Shown here: positions 9,205-18,777 of the stretch, in pieces
Numbering within the stretch: the first letter of the stretch is position 1
Layout: each line of letters begins with the position of its first letter
From: an uncultured bacterium
GTDB taxonomy: Bacteria > Patescibacteriota > Minisyncoccia > Phycocordibacterales > GWA1-40-21
Direction: 5' to 3'
Assembly (NCBI GenBank): GCA_963716205.1
Contig: OY970290.1
Location: forward strand, 452,911-516,910
Length of the DNA: 64,000 nucleotides
Program-made: the position numbers and the translations under genes
Notes under the pieces: generated by a model
Told to the model about the DNA's origin: nothing
The model's database searches: none
The model's input: the letters and a program-made list of their open reading frames with translations, nothing else

Positions 9205-11673
9205 TTATATACACGTCACCGAAGCGAGCGAGTCACCTTCGCGGAGTTTCATGATGCGGACGCCTTGTGTCTGTCTGCCGAGCGATGGGATTTCTTTCAG
9301 CCCTGTGCGGATAACTTGGCTCTTCTTGGAAATCGTCGCAATTTCTTCCTGTTCATCCGTCACGACTTTGGAGGCAATAATCGGACCGGTTTTGTCCGTC
9401 ACTTTCATGGTGATGATGCCGGAGCCGCCTCTGCCTTGGACTTTGTATTCATCAATCGGAGTTTTCTTGCCATAGCCGTGCGAGCTGATGACGAGGAATT
9501 CCGGATTCTTCATGTCTTTTGAGATGACATCTGTGCCGACAATGAAATCACCTTTATCAAGCTTCATGCCTCGCACGCCTCCGGCAGACCTGCCCATGAC
9601 ACGCACGTCTTTGTCTTTAAAACGGATTGCTTGGCCACCTGATGTCGAAAGAATGACTTGATCGCCTTCATTCATGAAAAGTGCGCTTCGTAATTCATCT
9701 CCCGCATCAAGCGAGATGGCAAGAAGTCCGCTTCGCCTGACATCTTTAAAATTGTCCGCATCAACTCTTTTCGCCGTGCCTCCTTTCGTCACGAGAATTA
9801 AAGAAAGTTTCAAATTTTTCAGTGACTTAGGCATTGCAAGCACCGAGGTGATTTTTTCTTCAGCGGAAATTGCGAGATAATTTACAATTGCCTTGCCTTT
9901 GGTCGCGCGCTTGCCTTCGGGAAGCTCGTACATTTTTATTTGATATGCTTTACCTTTGTTGGTGAAAAATAAAATATCACTGTGCGCCGACGCAGAAAGG
10001 AAATGTGTGATGAAATCCTCGTCTTTGGTATCCAGATCGACAACACCGACTCCTCCGCGCTTCTGCTTTCGATATTCATCGGGATTGGTGCGCTTCACAT
10101 AGCCACCAGCGGTGAGGACGAGCATGTTCGGCTCATCAGCAATCATGTCTTCCTCGGAAAGATTTTTCACGCCACCTTTGACGACTTTTGTTCTGCGCTC
10201 GTCGCCGTATTTTTCTTTGATTTCAGCCAATTCATTTTTGATGATAGTCAAAATTCTTTTCGGTTTGGAAAGAATATCTTTCAAATCAGCGATAAGTGTT
10301 TGCACTTCAGCAAGTTCATCTTCAATTTTCTTTCTTTCAAGCCCGGCAAGCTTTTGTAAACGCATTTCCAAGATCGCATTCGCCTGAATCTCGGAAAATT
10401 TGAACGTCTTCATCAAGCCGGAGCGCGCATTGTCCACGTCTTTTGATTTCTTTATTAATTTTACTATTTCATCGATATGATCAAGCGCCTTTTTGAGACC
10501 GAGCAGTATGTGCTCTCGTGCCTCGGCCTTTTTCAAATCAAATTCTGTGCGTCTTTTGACGACAATTTTGCGATGCTCGATAAATTCATCGAGACATGAC
10601 TTCAGCGATAATGTTCGCGGCACACCGGCGACAAGAGCAACAATATTGATATGAAATTTATCCTCAAGCTGGGTGTGCTTGTATAAATAATTCAAAACGC
10701 TTTGCGGATTGGCGTTATTTTTCAGATCAATGACAATGCGGATGTCTTTTGTCGATTCATCACGCAGACCTTTGATACCTTCAATTTTCTTTTCGTGCAC
10801 GAGATTTGCAATCGCCATAATGAGCGTCGCTTTGTTCACGCGATACGGAATCGAAGTAATGATGATAGAATAATTTTCTTTCTTGTCCTCGACGATTTCC
10901 GCGGTGCCTCGCGTGACGATTCCTCCGCGACCAGTCGCATACGCGTGGTTAATGTCTACTTGGTTATATATAGTCCCTCCTGTCGGAAAATCCGGACCTT
11001 TAACGAATTGCAGCAAATCTTCCGTCGTCGCATCTTTGTTTTCAACTAAATGAAGTGTTGCATCAACAACTTCGGTAAGATTATGCGGAGGAATATCGGT
11101 CGCCATACCAACGGCAATACCAAGAGTTCCATTGAGTAAAAGATTCGGTACGCCGGATGGCAAAACGATTGGTTCTTTTTTTGTGTTGTCATAATTCGGA
11201 CGCCATTCCACCGTATCTTTGTCGATATCTTTGAGCAAGTCGCCGGCAATCTTTGACATTTTTGCCTCTGTATAACGCATCGCTGCGGCGGAATCTCCAT
11301 CAATATTCCCAAAATTTCCCTGACCGATGACGAGCGGATATCTTGTGGCAAAATCCTGCGACATTTTCACCATCGCATCGTAAATGGAAGCATCGCCGTG
11401 CGGATGATAATTGCCCATCACTTCGCCGACCACGCCGGCGGATTTGCGCGTCTTTGCTCCGGCAGTCAGATTCATCTGACCCATCGCATAGAGAATTCTG
11501 CGGTGCACCGGCTTGAGACCATCACGGACATCAGGCAACGCGCGGTCAGTAATGACCGACATTGCGTAGTCAATAAACGACTCTTTCATTTCGATCGTAA
11601 TAGACCTGTTGGTAAGCAACTTTGCCGCTACCGGTTCAATGTTTTCTGTTTTTTTATGTTTATCTTCAGCCAT
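9205..11673 (-). CDS. gyrA: DNA gyrase subunit A
   Basis: 822 aa. [28 protein letters not shown], the active-site Tyr region, and C-terminal beta-pinwheel repeats. Confidence 0.95.
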   Translation of the reverse strand: MAEDKHKKTENIEPVAAKLLTNRSITIEMKESFIDYAMSVITDRALPDVRDGLKPVHRRILYAMGQMNLTAGAKTRKSAGVVGEVMGNYHPHGDASIYDAMVKMSQDFATRYPLVIGQGNFGNIDGDSAAAMRYTEAKMSKIAGDLLKDIDKDTVEWRPNYDNTKKEPIVLPSGVPNLLLNGTLGIAVGMATDIPPHNLTEVVDATLHLVENKDATTEDLLQFVKGPDFPTGGTIYNQVDINHAYATGRGGIVTRGTAEIVEDKKENYSIIITSIPYRVNKATLIMAIANLVHEKKIEGIKGLRDESTKDIRIVIDLKNNANPQSVLNYLYKHTQLEDKFHINIVALVAGVPRTLSLKSCLDEFIEHRKIVVKRRTEFDLKKAEAREHILLGLKKALDHIDEIVKLIKKSKDVDNARSGLMKTFKFSEIQANAILEMRLQKLAGLERKKIEDELAEVQTLIADLKDILSKPKRILTIIKNELAEIKEKYGDERRTKVVKGGVKNLSEEDMIADEPNMLVLTAGGYVKRTNPDEYRKQKRGGVGVVDLDTKDEDFITHFLSASAHSDILFFTNKGKAYQIKMYELPEGKRATKGKAIVNYLAISAEEKITSVLAMPKSLKNLKLSLILVTKGGTAKRVDADNFKDVRRSGLLAISLDAGDELRSALFMNEGDQVILSTSGGQAIRFKDKDVRVMGRSAGGVRGMKLDKGDFIVGTDVISKDMKNPEFLVISSHGYGKKTPIDEYKVQGRGGSGIITMKVTDKTGPIIASKVVTDEQEEIATISKKSQVIRTGLKEIPSLGRQTQGVRIMKLREGDSLASVTCI

Positions 11674-11732
11674 TCCGAATTTAAAATTTATATGTCTATT
11701 TTACCTTATTTTTGTAAAATTTACCAGACATT

Positions 11733-12059
11733 TTATTTCTTTTTTGTGCTTGTCGCTGCCGTGCTTGTACTTGCAAGCGTACTTGTCGCAGTGCTTGATG
11801 CAATTTCTGATCTGATAAAAGCGGTTGTGCTCGCAAGCTGCGCCGATGCTAAATGAAACTCGTTTGCAATATCGGAAAACATTCCGGAAAAAGAGCTGAA
11901 CAGATTCGGCTTGTATGTCGACTCGTCTTTTGCATTGTAGGTCGTATCGAACCAATACCATACTCCGACAATAATCAGCGTTAAAATAATTGCGGTAAAA
12001 ACAGCAAAATTCCGTTTCTTTTTCTCCGGCCAGTTTCGTATGTTCGTTATCCAGCTCAT
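11733..12059 (-). CDS. hypothetical small membrane protein with Ser/Thr-rich C-terminus
   Basis: 108 aa. One TM (FAVFTAIILTLIIVGVWYWF). The C-terminal tail is STATSTLASTSTAATSTKKK. Confidence 0.45.
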   Translation of the reverse strand: MSWITNIRNWPEKKKRNFAVFTAIILTLIIVGVWYWFDTTYNAKDESTYKPNLFSSFSGMFSDIANEFHLASAQLASTTAFIRSEIASSTATSTLASTSTAATSTKKK

Positions 12060-12191
12060 TTTTTCAAAATAATTATATCAGATTTTGGAAATAATGATGA
12101 GAAAAATAATTCTTGACTTATGAAATAAATGATGGTAATTTGAAGTTCGAGCAGTTCGTTGCAAAATACAAATTACTTGGGGGTGAGAATC

Positions 12192-12824
12192 ATGGAAATT
12201 AGCAAAAATGTTGCGGAAAAAATCGTTGCAATCTTCGAAGAGTACGAGAGAGAAGATATACTGATCGCTCTCGGACTGCAGGAAAGAAGTCCGAAAGAAT
12301 TGTCTGATTTGAAAACAATCGAATCGGCTACCAAACAGAATGATCTCTGGCCGATAATCAACGGATCATCCCGAGACGACATCAAAGAAATGGCGACTGA
12401 GAAGCTGATTCATTTGCTTTACGGGGAATTCAAAATCCTCGAATCGCAAGGGATGCCGTTCGCAAAAAGATTTGATCTCTACAATGATATCGCGAGCAAA
12501 ATCACGCGCGGTAAACGCCAGTTCAAAATTGATTTTGAAACAGAGATCAGAACGCGCATGGAAACAATGCTTTTGGTTGAGCTCAATGCCGCGAATACAG
12601 CGGAAAAATGCGCGCATATCCGTCATCTGGCATTTGCCATGAATTCCGAAAAGATACGGATAGAGGCTTTGGCAAAAGGCCTGATCATATCAAAAACCGT
12701 GGAAGACCTTAAAATCACCGGAAGCGGCAGAGGTGTGCGTCCGCGATCAAGAGAATTTCTGATGTGTGTGGGAAAGATGGCTGAACTTCTCCAAAAAAAA
12801 GAAGATGAAAAAGTTCCAACTTAA
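12192..12824 (+). CDS. hypothetical protein
   Basis: ORF with GGGGGTGA Shine-Dalgarno 6 nt upstream of the ATG at 12192. No recognisable motif. A strong terminator follows. Confidence 0.5.
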   Translation: MEISKNVAEKIVAIFEEYEREDILIALGLQERSPKELSDLKTIESATKQNDLWPIINGSSRDDIKEMATEKLIHLLYGEFKILESQGMPFAKRFDLYNDIASKITRGKRQFKIDFETEIRTRMETMLLVELNAANTAEKCAHIRHLAFAMNSEKIRIEALAKGLIISKTVEDLKITGSGRGVRPRSREFLMCVGKMAELLQKKEDEKVPT

Positions 12825-12840
12825 ATAATTTGTTTTGTTT

Positions 12841-12877
12841 AAAGCCCGAAACCGTGAGGTTTCGGGCTTTTTTTTTA
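12841..12877. terminator. bidirectional intrinsic terminator
   Basis: Perfect hairpin AAAGCCCGAAACC-GTGA-GGTTTCGGGCTTT followed by T9. It sits between convergent genes. Confidence 0.8.
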
Positions 12878-12896
12878 CAAATTTTATTTGAAAATT

Positions 12897-13559
12897 TTAT
12901 GCGACTGAAAGCACGATGGACTCTCCTTCCTTGCCTTCTAAATCTTTTTTCTTCAGCGTCAGTTTTTCAATCGGCTTCACATTTTCCTCGCCTGCTTCTT
13001 TCAAATATTTTTTCAGGCTCGCCGCGTCATAATGCATCGGGATGATAATCTTCGGCTCGATTTCTACCGAAAGCTTTTCCGCTTTCGCCGCATCAAGCAC
13101 ACTATCTCCGCCGACCGGTAAAAATAAAACGTCCACATCACCAAGCTCTTCTTTCACTTCGCTTGAGAGATTGATATCGGAAAGCGCGCCAAGAAAACAA
13201 ATGTTCATATTTTCAAGCGAGACGGAATAAATCGTATTTATTTTTTCGCCTCCGCCGTAAATGGATTTTGAAGCAAAACCTTTAATAAAAATTCCTTTGA
13301 TCTCATATTCTCCCGGACCAGAAATGATGAATGGTTCCTTGCCATTATATGAAAGATTTTCCGCGCCATTCATATCAGGATGGTTCAAACTTACCAAAGC
13401 AATGTCAGCAAAAAATCTCGTCGGCTTGAGCTTTGACTCTTTTGAAATCGGATTGAACGCAAGCGTCGTATCGCCAAACTGAACCTTGAAAAACTCCGCG
13501 CCTTGGTATGTGATGATCATAAGTGAAAGAATTTTAACAAAATATATTGATATAATCAA
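12897..13559 (-). CDS. metallo-beta-lactamase-fold metal-dependent hydrolase (Lactamase_B_3-like)
   Basis: 220 aa. VSLNHPDMNG His/Asp cluster and overall resemblance to the UPF0173/UlaG-like fold. The true start is probably an internal Met. Confidence 0.5.
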   Translation of the reverse strand: MIISIYFVKILSLMIITYQGAEFFKVQFGDTTLAFNPISKESKLKPTRFFADIALVSLNHPDMNGAENLSYNGKEPFIISGPGEYEIKGIFIKGFASKSIYGGGEKINTIYSVSLENMNICFLGALSDINLSSEVKEELGDVDVLFLPVGGDSVLDAAKAEKLSVEIEPKIIIPMHYDAASLKKYLKEAGEENVKPIEKLTLKKKDLEGKEGESIVLSVA

Positions 13560-13720
13560 TGTTTCTGAAGCTTTACATTCTCCGCTATATGTAGTAGTAT
13601 CTTTGCATTACAAGGTTGCGCAAAAAGCTAACCTCATCGGCGGGACTCACGCGAGCGGCTCGTGAAACTTTTTGCCAAACGGTTGCGCACCCTTTACCGG
13701 GTGCATTTTAATTTATCATT

Positions 13721-14824
13721 ATGAAAAAAAAAGAAGAAAAAGTAGAGATCGTTGAAGCAAAGGTCAAGAAAGACACTGCGATGACGAAATATTTCAACGA
13801 GACGAAAGTCCCGCCAATGCCGGGCGAAGTCGTTGAAGGAAAAGTCATCGGTGTGGAGAAATCCCGCGTCTATGTGGACTTGCAGCCGTTCGGCACCGGT
13901 CTCATTTACGGAAAAGAATATTTGACCGCGCGCGATGTCATCAAGAAATTGAATATCGGCGATCTCGTTTCCGCAAAAGTTGTCGATTACATAAATAAAG
14001 AAGGTTACATCGAGCTCTCGCTCAAAGAAGCCAGACAAGCGCTCATCTGGGATGAGGCAGAAAAAGCGATCAAAGACAAAACGATTTTTGAATTGCCGGT
14101 CACCGAAGCCAACAAAGGCGGATTGATCATCACATGGCAAGGCATTATCGGATTTTTGCCAGCCTCTCAATTAAAGAGCGAACACTATCCAAAAATCGAA
14201 GACGGCGACAAGGATAAGATAATGGATGAGTTGAAAAAGCTTGTCGGACAGAAAATTTCCGTTGCCATCATCACTGCAGCTCCAAAAGAAGGCAAGCTGA
14301 TTTTCTCCGAGAAAAATCTTGAGAAAAAAGAAAAGCAGAAAATGGCCGACAAATACAAAGTCGGCGATGTGCTTGAAGGCACAGTCACCGGTGCGGTGGA
14401 TTTCGGCGTGTTTGTGAAGCTTGAGGATGGACTGGAAGGGCTCGTGCATATTTCGGAAATAGACTGGGCGCTTGTCGAAGATCCTCGCGCACTGTATAAA
14501 ATCGGAGACAAAGTCAATGTCAAGGTCATTGATGTCAAAGACGGCAAAGTTTCCCTTTCGATCAAAGCGCTCAAACCGAATCCGTGGATTGAAGCAGAAA
14601 AGAAATATAAAAAGGGCGACACGGTGGAAGCTGTCGTCATCAAATTCAACAAATACGGCGCGCTCGCCTCGATCGAGGAAGGCGTTTCCGGACTTGTGCA
14701 TATTTCCGATTTTGGTTCAGAAGCAAAAATGAAAGAAAAGATAAGCTTGGGCAAGAGCTACAAATTCAAGATTAATGTCTTCGAATCAAAAAATCAAAAA
14801 ATGGGGTTGAGCTTTTTGGAATAA
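13721..14824 (+). CDS. rpsA: 30S ribosomal protein S1 (four S1 domains)
   Basis: Repeated S1 OB-fold motifs (GEVVEGKVIGVEKSRVYVDL; VGDVLEGTVTGAVDFGVFVKLEDGLEGLVHISEI; GDKVNVKVIDVKDGKVSLSIK). Confidence 0.85.
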   Translation: MKKKEEKVEIVEAKVKKDTAMTKYFNETKVPPMPGEVVEGKVIGVEKSRVYVDLQPFGTGLIYGKEYLTARDVIKKLNIGDLVSAKVVDYINKEGYIELSLKEARQALIWDEAEKAIKDKTIFELPVTEANKGGLIITWQGIIGFLPASQLKSEHYPKIEDGDKDKIMDELKKLVGQKISVAIITAAPKEGKLIFSEKNLEKKEKQKMADKYKVGDVLEGTVTGAVDFGVFVKLEDGLEGLVHISEIDWALVEDPRALYKIGDKVNVKVIDVKDGKVSLSIKALKPNPWIEAEKKYKKGDTVEAVVIKFNKYGALASIEEGVSGLVHISDFGSEAKMKEKISLGKSYKFKINVFESKNQKMGLSFLE

Positions 14825-15495
14825 ATTTTCAAAAGAAATTCGTAAACAAAAAACAAAAGAACGGTGCCGGAGGTGCCGTTCTTTTGAATTGTGTTTAATT
14901 CTCCGAGTTCACCTTCCCTGTCGCGATATCTTTTCCATCGGTTACAATCAATTCCAATCCTTCCGCTGCGCGCTTCATGATTTTCTTCAGAGTATCCTGC
15001 CTCCGCCGGTTTGAATTTGCCAAGGATCAGCATTTCCACTTCTTTCTCACCTTGTGGCTTTTTCATTTTTCCGCTCGCGGTCGAGGGTGTTATGCCGATT
15101 CTCATACGGATGAACGCTTCCGTTTTCACCGCTTTTATCACAGACTGCACACCGCGATGCCCGCCCGCGCTTTTGTTGAACGAGATTTTCATTTTGCCAA
15201 AAGGAATATCGAGATCATCATGCACCACAACCAGTGTTTCCGCAGCTTTTTTTGATTTCACAATTGGTCCGACGGCATTGCCGGATTTGTTCATGAACGT
15301 ATTCGGCTTCACAAGCAGTGCGGTATTTTTGCCGATCTTTGTTTTCAAAGTTTCCGCTTTTAATTTTTTATCCTCTTTCCAATCATCCTCACCTATTTTT
15401 TTTGCCAGAGCTTCCACCGCCATTCTGCCGGTGTTATGTCTTGTGCCAATATATTCTTCTCCCGGATTTCCCAAACCTACAATAATGTAATTCAT
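14794..15495 (-). CDS. pth: peptidyl-tRNA hydrolase with C-terminal extension
   Basis: N-terminal Pth signature (IIVGLGNPGEEYIGTRHNTGRMAV, VKPNTFMNKSG, HDDLDIPFG). The 233-aa ORF is about 40 aa longer than a typical Pth and overlaps the rpsA 3' end by 31 nt. Confidence 0.8.
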   Translation of the reverse strand: MNYIIVGLGNPGEEYIGTRHNTGRMAVEALAKKIGEDDWKEDKKLKAETLKTKIGKNTALLVKPNTFMNKSGNAVGPIVKSKKAAETLVVVHDDLDIPFGKMKISFNKSAGGHRGVQSVIKAVKTEAFIRMRIGITPSTASGKMKKPQGEKEVEMLILGKFKPAEAGYSEENHEARSGRIGIDCNRWKRYRDREGELGELNTIQKNGTSGTVLLFFVYEFLLKIYSKKLNPIF

Positions 15496-15572
15496 AATGT
15501 AATTATTTTATGTCAAAAAAGAAAAAAGACAAGCAACAAAAAAGCCGGTTTTTATGCCGGCTTTGAAAACAA

Positions 15573-16022
15573 TTAATTAAACCTCGCATTTGAAGTTAGT
15601 TCCGCAAAAGCTAATTCACTGCCAGATATTATTCTTGATTCTTTTTTCTGTACTGGTTTCACCATTTCTAGATAATCATCTTCTAATGTCATCTCATGAT
15701 TATCAATAACAACTTTAAGTTTATCTATTACACTAATAAAATGTGACAACGAAACGGCATCTTCGCTAGAATCCTTAGTATTGTTGTAATTGATGGCTCC
15801 AAATATGAGGCCTGCATTCATTGCGAGACGACGAAGTGTTTTAATTGCTATGTAAACAGTATGTTCAGAATCACGAACAAATTCCAAAAAGCTTTTTGTG
15901 TCAGAAAAATTCTTTGGATTGATAAGTTCAATCACACTATCTTCTCCAAAAATTTTCTTAAGCGCTTCTTCCTCTCCCAAAATCAATACATCTTGATAAG
16001 TAACGACTGGAATTTTCTTCAT
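15573..16022 (-). CDS. hypothetical protein
   Basis: 149-aa AT-rich ORF with no recognisable motif. Confidence 0.4.
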   Translation of the reverse strand: MKKIPVVTYQDVLILGEEEALKKIFGEDSVIELINPKNFSDTKSFLEFVRDSEHTVYIAIKTLRRLAMNAGLIFGAINYNNTKDSSEDAVSLSHFISVIDKLKVVIDNHEMTLEDDYLEMVKPVQKKESRIISGSELAFAELTSNARFN

Positions 16023-16184
16023 CGTGTTCTCCTGTTATTTTTTCAAATTTTCTCCTGTTGTATTAAATACCATTTATATTGATTATTGTCAAAGTCAAAA
16101 TCTCTCTTTTTCTTGTGTAAAAGCAAAATGTAGCGTATAATGCCTAAAGAATTCAAAAAAAGACCATTTTAAGCCATAAAACAG

Positions 16185-16805
16185 ATGTCCAAAGCCAAAC
16201 AATTCATCAAGGAAAGTCTGATTATCATCATTCTTTCACTCGCGATCGTCCTGCCGATACGCATATTCATCGCCCAGCCGTTTGTTGTTTCCGGCGATTC
16301 AATGCTCAATACTTTTCAAAATGGCAACTACCTGATCGTTGATGAAATCTCATATCGGTTTCATAATCCGCAACGGGGCGATGTGATCGTCTTCAAAGTC
16401 CCGCCGGCTGGGCTTGCACTCGAACACGAGGCGACCAGCTCAACGGTCTATTATATAAAAAGAATCATCGGACTTCCCGGCGAGACGGTCCAAATCAACG
16501 GTGACACAGTAGAAATTTTTAATGCAGCGAATCCGAACGGATTTATTTTGAAAGAGCCGTATGAATATTTCAATCCTTCTGTCGCATCATCGACAACACA
16601 ATTTTTTGAAAATATCAATGAAAAAGTAACGCTTGGTCCGGGACAATATTTCGTCATGGGAGATGACCGGCACAACAGCGCCGACTCCCGCCTCTGGGGC
16701 ATACTACCCTCGGCAAATATCAAAGGCAGAGTATTCCTCGAATTACTGCCTCTCAATCAGCTCTCGATTTTCCCGGGAAAATACAATACATACGCAAACC
16801 AATAA
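16185..16805 (+). CDS. lepB: signal peptidase I (S26)
   Basis: N-terminal TM and catalytic Ser box (VSGDSMLNTF). Lys box region (YYIKRIIGLPGETV) and C-terminal GDDRHNSADSRLWG. Confidence 0.9.
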   Translation: MSKAKQFIKESLIIIILSLAIVLPIRIFIAQPFVVSGDSMLNTFQNGNYLIVDEISYRFHNPQRGDVIVFKVPPAGLALEHEATSSTVYYIKRIIGLPGETVQINGDTVEIFNAANPNGFILKEPYEYFNPSVASSTTQFFENINEKVTLGPGQYFVMGDDRHNSADSRLWGILPSANIKGRVFLELLPLNQLSIFPGKYNTYANQ

Positions 16806-16809
16806 AAAT

Positions 16810-18036
16810 ATGAAAAATAAAAAAATCCACAGAACGAAAAAACATCGCACGCACAAAGGAAACGAATTCGTCACATTTCTTCCAATACAAAAAATGGCTG
16901 AAGCCGCCCTCTATTACGGTTTTCTGCCGACAAAACCATTGCAGGTAACAAAAGATGATATCATCCGCGCGGGAGCGCTCAAAGAAAGTTGGATGAAAAA
17001 TCCCGCCGGACTTTCCTGGCTTTTTTCCCAAGATTTTATCGAGGAACGGGCTTCCCTTTTCAGGCATCATGCGGAAAAAGGTTTTCATACGCTTCCCCAG
17101 CCGGTCATGCTTGTCCATGAAACGGGTATCATCAAAGAGCGCGCAAAAACAACCATCAATCTTGAAGTGATGGGAACGAAAAAAAGCATTGCTGAAGCGC
17201 TGATCATTCAGACGACGATCTCAATGCTCCGGGATAACGGCTACAAAAATTTCCTGATTGAAATCAACACCATCGGCGACAAGGAATCAACGAATAAATT
17301 CCACCGCGAGCTTGTGCATTATTACAAAAAGCATATCAATGACATGCCGGCGCATTGCAGGCAGAATTTCAAGAAAGATCCGTTCTATGTGCTTTCGTGC
17401 AATGAATGCGATCCGGGCGGAAAACTCAAAGAAAATGCTCCGACATCGGTGAGCTGCCTTTCCGATGCGAGCCGGGAACATTTCAAGGAAGTGCTTGAAT
17501 ACATCGAATCGATGGGAATTCCCTATAAAATAAATAATAATCTTGTTCCCGACAGAAAATATTGTTCGGGAACGGTTTTTGAAATCAAAGAGGTTGCAAA
17601 CGACGGCAGCATCGGCAATGCGCTTGCCGTCGGTTTCCGCCATGATGAAATTTCCCAAAAAATTGGGCATAAAAAAGACAATCCGGGAGCCGGCATAAAA
17701 ATATTTTTGAAGAAAAAATCCGCCGTGAAAAAGATTTCGAAACTTCCGAAACCCGTGGCTTTTTATATTCAGCTCGGCGATGAGGCAAAAAATAAAAGCT
17801 TGCAGGTGATCGAAATGCTCAAGAATGAAAAGATATTCGTCTATCACATGCTCGGCCGCGACAAATTCGGCAGCCAATTCGCCCTTGCCGAGAAATCCAA
17901 AGTGCCGTATGTCATCATCATGGGCAAAAAAGAATTCCTCGAAAACTCCGTCATGGTCCGTGAAAATAGCACGAGAACCCAGCAAACACTGCCGATTGAC
18001 AAACTTGCGGAACATATCAAAAAGGTGAGGGACTAG
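16810..18036 (+). CDS. histidyl-tRNA synthetase-like protein (HisS/HisZ family, divergent catalytic motifs)
   Basis: DRKYCSGTVFEI parallels HisRS RGLDYYxxTVFE. The C-terminal class II anticodon-binding domain is PKPVAFYIQLGDEAK...VPYVIIMGKKEF. Motif 3 GGRYD is replaced by GFRHD. Start set to the ATG at 16810 just after the lepB stop. Confidence 0.55.
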   Translation: MKNKKIHRTKKHRTHKGNEFVTFLPIQKMAEAALYYGFLPTKPLQVTKDDIIRAGALKESWMKNPAGLSWLFSQDFIEERASLFRHHAEKGFHTLPQPVMLVHETGIIKERAKTTINLEVMGTKKSIAEALIIQTTISMLRDNGYKNFLIEINTIGDKESTNKFHRELVHYYKKHINDMPAHCRQNFKKDPFYVLSCNECDPGGKLKENAPTSVSCLSDASREHFKEVLEYIESMGIPYKINNNLVPDRKYCSGTVFEIKEVANDGSIGNALAVGFRHDEISQKIGHKKDNPGAGIKIFLKKKSAVKKISKLPKPVAFYIQLGDEAKNKSLQVIEMLKNEKIFVYHMLGRDKFGSQFALAEKSKVPYVIIMGKKEFLENSVMVRENSTRTQQTLPIDKLAEHIKKVRD

Positions 18037-18076
18037 TGTTGCTTTTTCCTTTTGAACATGGTATCTTTTGAAATCT

Positions 18077-18334
18077 ATGGCGACAAATATTGAATTGCAG
18101 AAAAATCCAAGCGAAAACAATGCAAGCTTGCTCAGGCGCTTCACCAAAAAAGTGCAGGGTTCCGGCATCCTTCCGCGTGTTCGCTCAATCCGATATTCCG
18201 GACGAATGCTTTCTCCCTACAAAGTGAAAATGCAGAAACTTTCCAAGCTCACCAGAAAATCAGAAATCGATGAGCTCATCAAAATGGGCAAAATGACTGA
18301 GCGCACCGAAGGCCAAGGACGAGGCAGAAAATAA
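18077..18334 (+). CDS. rpsU: 30S ribosomal protein S21
   Basis: Basic 85-aa protein. LLRRFTKKVQGSGILPRVRSIRY matches the S21 pattern LRRFKR..GIL.E.R.R. Confidence 0.7.
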   Translation: MATNIELQKNPSENNASLLRRFTKKVQGSGILPRVRSIRYSGRMLSPYKVKMQKLSKLTRKSEIDELIKMGKMTERTEGQGRGRK

Positions 18335-18718
18335 ATGCAAAACACGTTTTCAATAACAAACGAAACAAAAGGTAAGCTTCCGGGCTTGCCTATTGTTTTA
18401 TACAAAAATAAAATTCTCGGTAAGAAATATGATTTAAGCTTGGTGTTTGTCGGCGAGAAAAAAATCCGGGAATTGAATAAAAAATACCGAAAGATAAACA
18501 AGCCGACCGATATTTTGAGTTTTTCTCTTTCAAAAAATTCCGGCGAAATATTCATGTGCCGGGAAATCGCAAAAATACAAGCAAAAGAATTCGAGCGGAG
18601 TTACAATAATTTCTTCCCCTTTCTTTTGATACATGGTATGGTGCATCTCTCCGGCTACGATCATGGAAATAAAATGGAAAAAGAGGAAATAAAGTACAGA
18701 AAGTATTTTAAAATTTGA
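18335..18718 (+). CDS. ybeY: endoribonuclease YbeY (rRNA maturation factor)
   Basis: DILSFSL and the metal-binding HGMVHLSGYDH motif. Confidence 0.85.
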   Translation: MQNTFSITNETKGKLPGLPIVLYKNKILGKKYDLSLVFVGEKKIRELNKKYRKINKPTDILSFSLSKNSGEIFMCREIAKIQAKEFERSYNNFFPFLLIHGMVHLSGYDHGNKMEKEEIKYRKYFKI

Positions 18719-18777
18719 CTTTACTTCCGCCTGTTGTATTTGTTATACTAGAGAGGTAAAAACCAACTATTATAATC

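Noticed and set aside
9251-11856. Multiple plus-strand ORFs overlapping gyrA
   Set aside because: Antisense to the unambiguous GyrA. No motifs.
13694-14170. 158-aa minus-strand ORF
   Set aside because: Antisense to the well-supported rpsA (S1 domains). No motif. Spurious.
14860-14885. Possible terminator after rpsA (GAACGG...CCGTTC followed by TTTTG)
   Set aside because: Only a 6-bp stem with an 11-nt loop could be paired by eye. Too weak to call.
16633-16809. 5' extension of the hisS-like ORF
   Set aside because: It overlaps the lepB 3' end in another frame. The ATG at 16810 follows the lepB stop directly.
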